Source: Chrysomallon squamiferum (taxonomy: Eukaryota; Animalia; Mollusca). Taken from it: DNA of 64,000 bases. Both the position numbers and the translations under genes were made by a program. The notes beneath the pieces were generated by a model. It saw only the letters and a program-made list of their open reading frames with translations, did not search any database and was not told the DNA's origin. Within the stretch, counting starts at the first letter, position 1. Each line of letters starts with the position of its first letter. Positions 61,723 to 64,000 of this stretch are shown piece by piece. The stretch covers positions 21,948,001 through 22,012,000 of the forward strand of contig CM022673.1 in NCBI GenBank assembly GCA_012295275.1, written 5' to 3'.

Positions 61723-61935
61723 GAAAGAAAAAAAACAAGAAAAAAGGAATTATACAAAGAACAAGGGAAATAATTCTGATCCATAATTATGCGACGTCAT
61801 TTGCTTAGAATAAAAAACTTGACGACCAGAACGACAACAAATCAACAGATTCCTCTCATTAAGTATTCGATGTTCTGGACCATACATGAGCGGATTTCGT
61901 TTCAAGTACATGTAATTTGAGTTTATAAATTTTAT

Positions 61936-61968
<33 letters not shown>

Positions 61969-63048
61969 CTGGTAGGGAAACTATCTGACAACGAAAACTG
62001 ATTAGTAAAACAGTACAGATGTATGTGCTGTTTACATTGTTAGTTTTATAGCTTGGCTGATAGTGGAAAAGAAACCTTTTTTCTTTCTTTTTCTATCTTT
62101 TGGCGCTTAGCGTCCAGAAAGGATACCGTTTCGTCATCTTGCTCACCATGTGTGGCAAAAAAAAAAAAAAAAAATTTCGCAGTGTTCCTTCCGATTTCAT
62201 GAGGGGGAAAAAAGGGTGGAGAATCATTTTTCCGGTAACATGAGGTTACGGGTAGGTAGGTAGACTTTCACTGTGCATGAATGAGTGAACAAAAGGATGG
62301 ACATCAATTTTCTTTCCTTTTTTATTTATTTATGTTTATATTAGTAGTAGTAGTAGTAGTAGAAGTAGTATATTTTAATCCGCCCCTAATATGCTCTGTA
62401 TACATTTGAATTGTAAATTATTTTATTTTTAATTAGAAGAATAGCGGTATTTGTACTCGCCTACGACCGGAACGAAAGTTAGTCTACGGAATTTCAGAAT
62501 AAAACAGGCAGGCTTCAGTCCTTCCTAAATGTGCCCCCTCAACCCCGAAAATTGGAACTGGATTCCAGATGGCCGTCACTTCAAATGTATTTTACTGACG
62601 CTGAACCGAAATCTGTAGATACAGATTTTTTCACTTGAATATGCCCTTTGAAGACATTAAAATTTGAGGATTTAGAAATCATAAAGTGCAGATTTCTATT
62701 CTCAGTGTCGTCTCCTTACTGCTAATTTTTAATTATGTGGACATATGATTCTGAACTTCTGCTCGTTAAGCTATTTTTAAAAAAAATGTATATATTACGT
62801 CATACAACAGATTAAAATTATATCCCTTTTTTCTTTTGATTATTTCATTTCTTTATCTAAAATTATACTCTGTAACTATGGGATTATAATTATCATATTT
62901 CTAATTGAAGATTATTTAAATACTTTATTGTAACTGAAAACTATATAGATATTGCTTTGCTATTAAATTTCAGAATGTGGTTTTCCAAATATCATCAATT
63001 TAATTTTTTATTAATAGTAAATTTGCGGTAACTCCGGCTTGCAAATAT

Positions 63049-63079
<31 letters not shown>

Positions 63080-63190
63080 AAATGACAGTTTTATATAGGG
63101 AATAATAAAACTAATCTTAAAGAAAAAGGAAAAGATAAAAAAATTATTGGCGAAAGTTATCTTAACTAAACATTAACTTATATATTTTTA

Positions 63191-63225
<35 letters not shown>

Positions 63226-63394
63226 TGTATTATTTGTATTCATGTTTTTGTATGCCCGTTTTGTTTTGTTTCCTAATTTAAGATGAGAAATTGTTTTATT
63301 TTGAAATTGATTATAACTGCAATTATTATTTTATTTTATTGTTTGTTTGTTATAATTATCGTTCACTGTTTTTTTTTTGTGTGTTAAAGTTCGC

Positions 63395-63397
<3 letters not shown>

Positions 63398-63473
<76 letters not shown>
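63398..63473. repeat. (CT)n microsatellite
   Basis: Direct reading. Confidence 0.95.
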
Positions 63474-63481
<8 letters not shown>

Positions 63482-63700
63482 TTTCCAACAGAATAATACA
63501 TTTTGTTATTTCTGTTGTATAATCCAATTAAAAGCAAAAGTTAAACAAAGATATTTAAAAAAATAATCACAGCTTTATTTCAGAACACGAATTTTCACAT
63601 TACTGACCGCAGATTGCTGGATATTATGTAAAACGTGACTGCAAAACAAAGATGTGATTAAAATGCGGAAAGTAATGGTTTCACATTTACTTAACAACAA

Positions 63701-63743
<43 letters not shown>

Positions 63744-64000
63744 CATTAATAGCTCCTATTCACTTTTACGTTTCCTGAAACCAAGACTAAACTTGGCTTG
63801 GCATATCTTATGAGATAGTATGTAGTTAGCCATTTTTCTTACGAATATAAATAATTTTATACAAGTACCGCACTGCTTGGAAGTTAGATTAATTTGTACT
63901 CCCTAAACAAAATTAGGGTTTTCATTTAGCATGCTAACTTTTATTTGAAAAAAAAAAAAACAATTAAAATTTATTTTGCTTTCAATTTTTGATGACGTAA

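Overview
AT-rich, intron-containing eukaryotic (animal, probably invertebrate/lophotrochozoan, mollusc-like) genomic DNA. No prokaryotic features, rRNA, clear tRNA or CRISPR arrays were seen. I reconstructed six spliced protein-coding genes by hand, checking splice sites, exon phases and that total CDS lengths are multiples of 3. They are: an hnRNP A/B-family 2xRRM gene (-), CATIP (-), a polypeptide GalNAc-transferase (+), an SLC28/CNT nucleoside transporter (-), a very large shugoshin (-), and head-to-head with it a ~2180-aa orphan-like protein with a 5.4-kb terminal exon (+). Transposon debris includes a Tigger/pogo deletion derivative, a TA-flanked Tc1/mariner-type MITE, a TAA-flanked PIF/Harbinger MITE, a decayed MULE transposase and SINE remnants, plus many microsatellites. 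Most notable: (1) the hnRNP has its main Gly/Tyr prion-like domain at the N-terminus, an overlapping out-of-frame ORF ending in a TGATG stop-start exactly at the RRM boundary, and three candidate alternative C-termini; (2) the GALNT has substituted donor-binding motifs (HLGCCF, WGCE) and two GC-AG introns; (3) CpG-poor and CpG-rich blocks alternate gene by gene. All family calls come from recalled motifs, not database searches.
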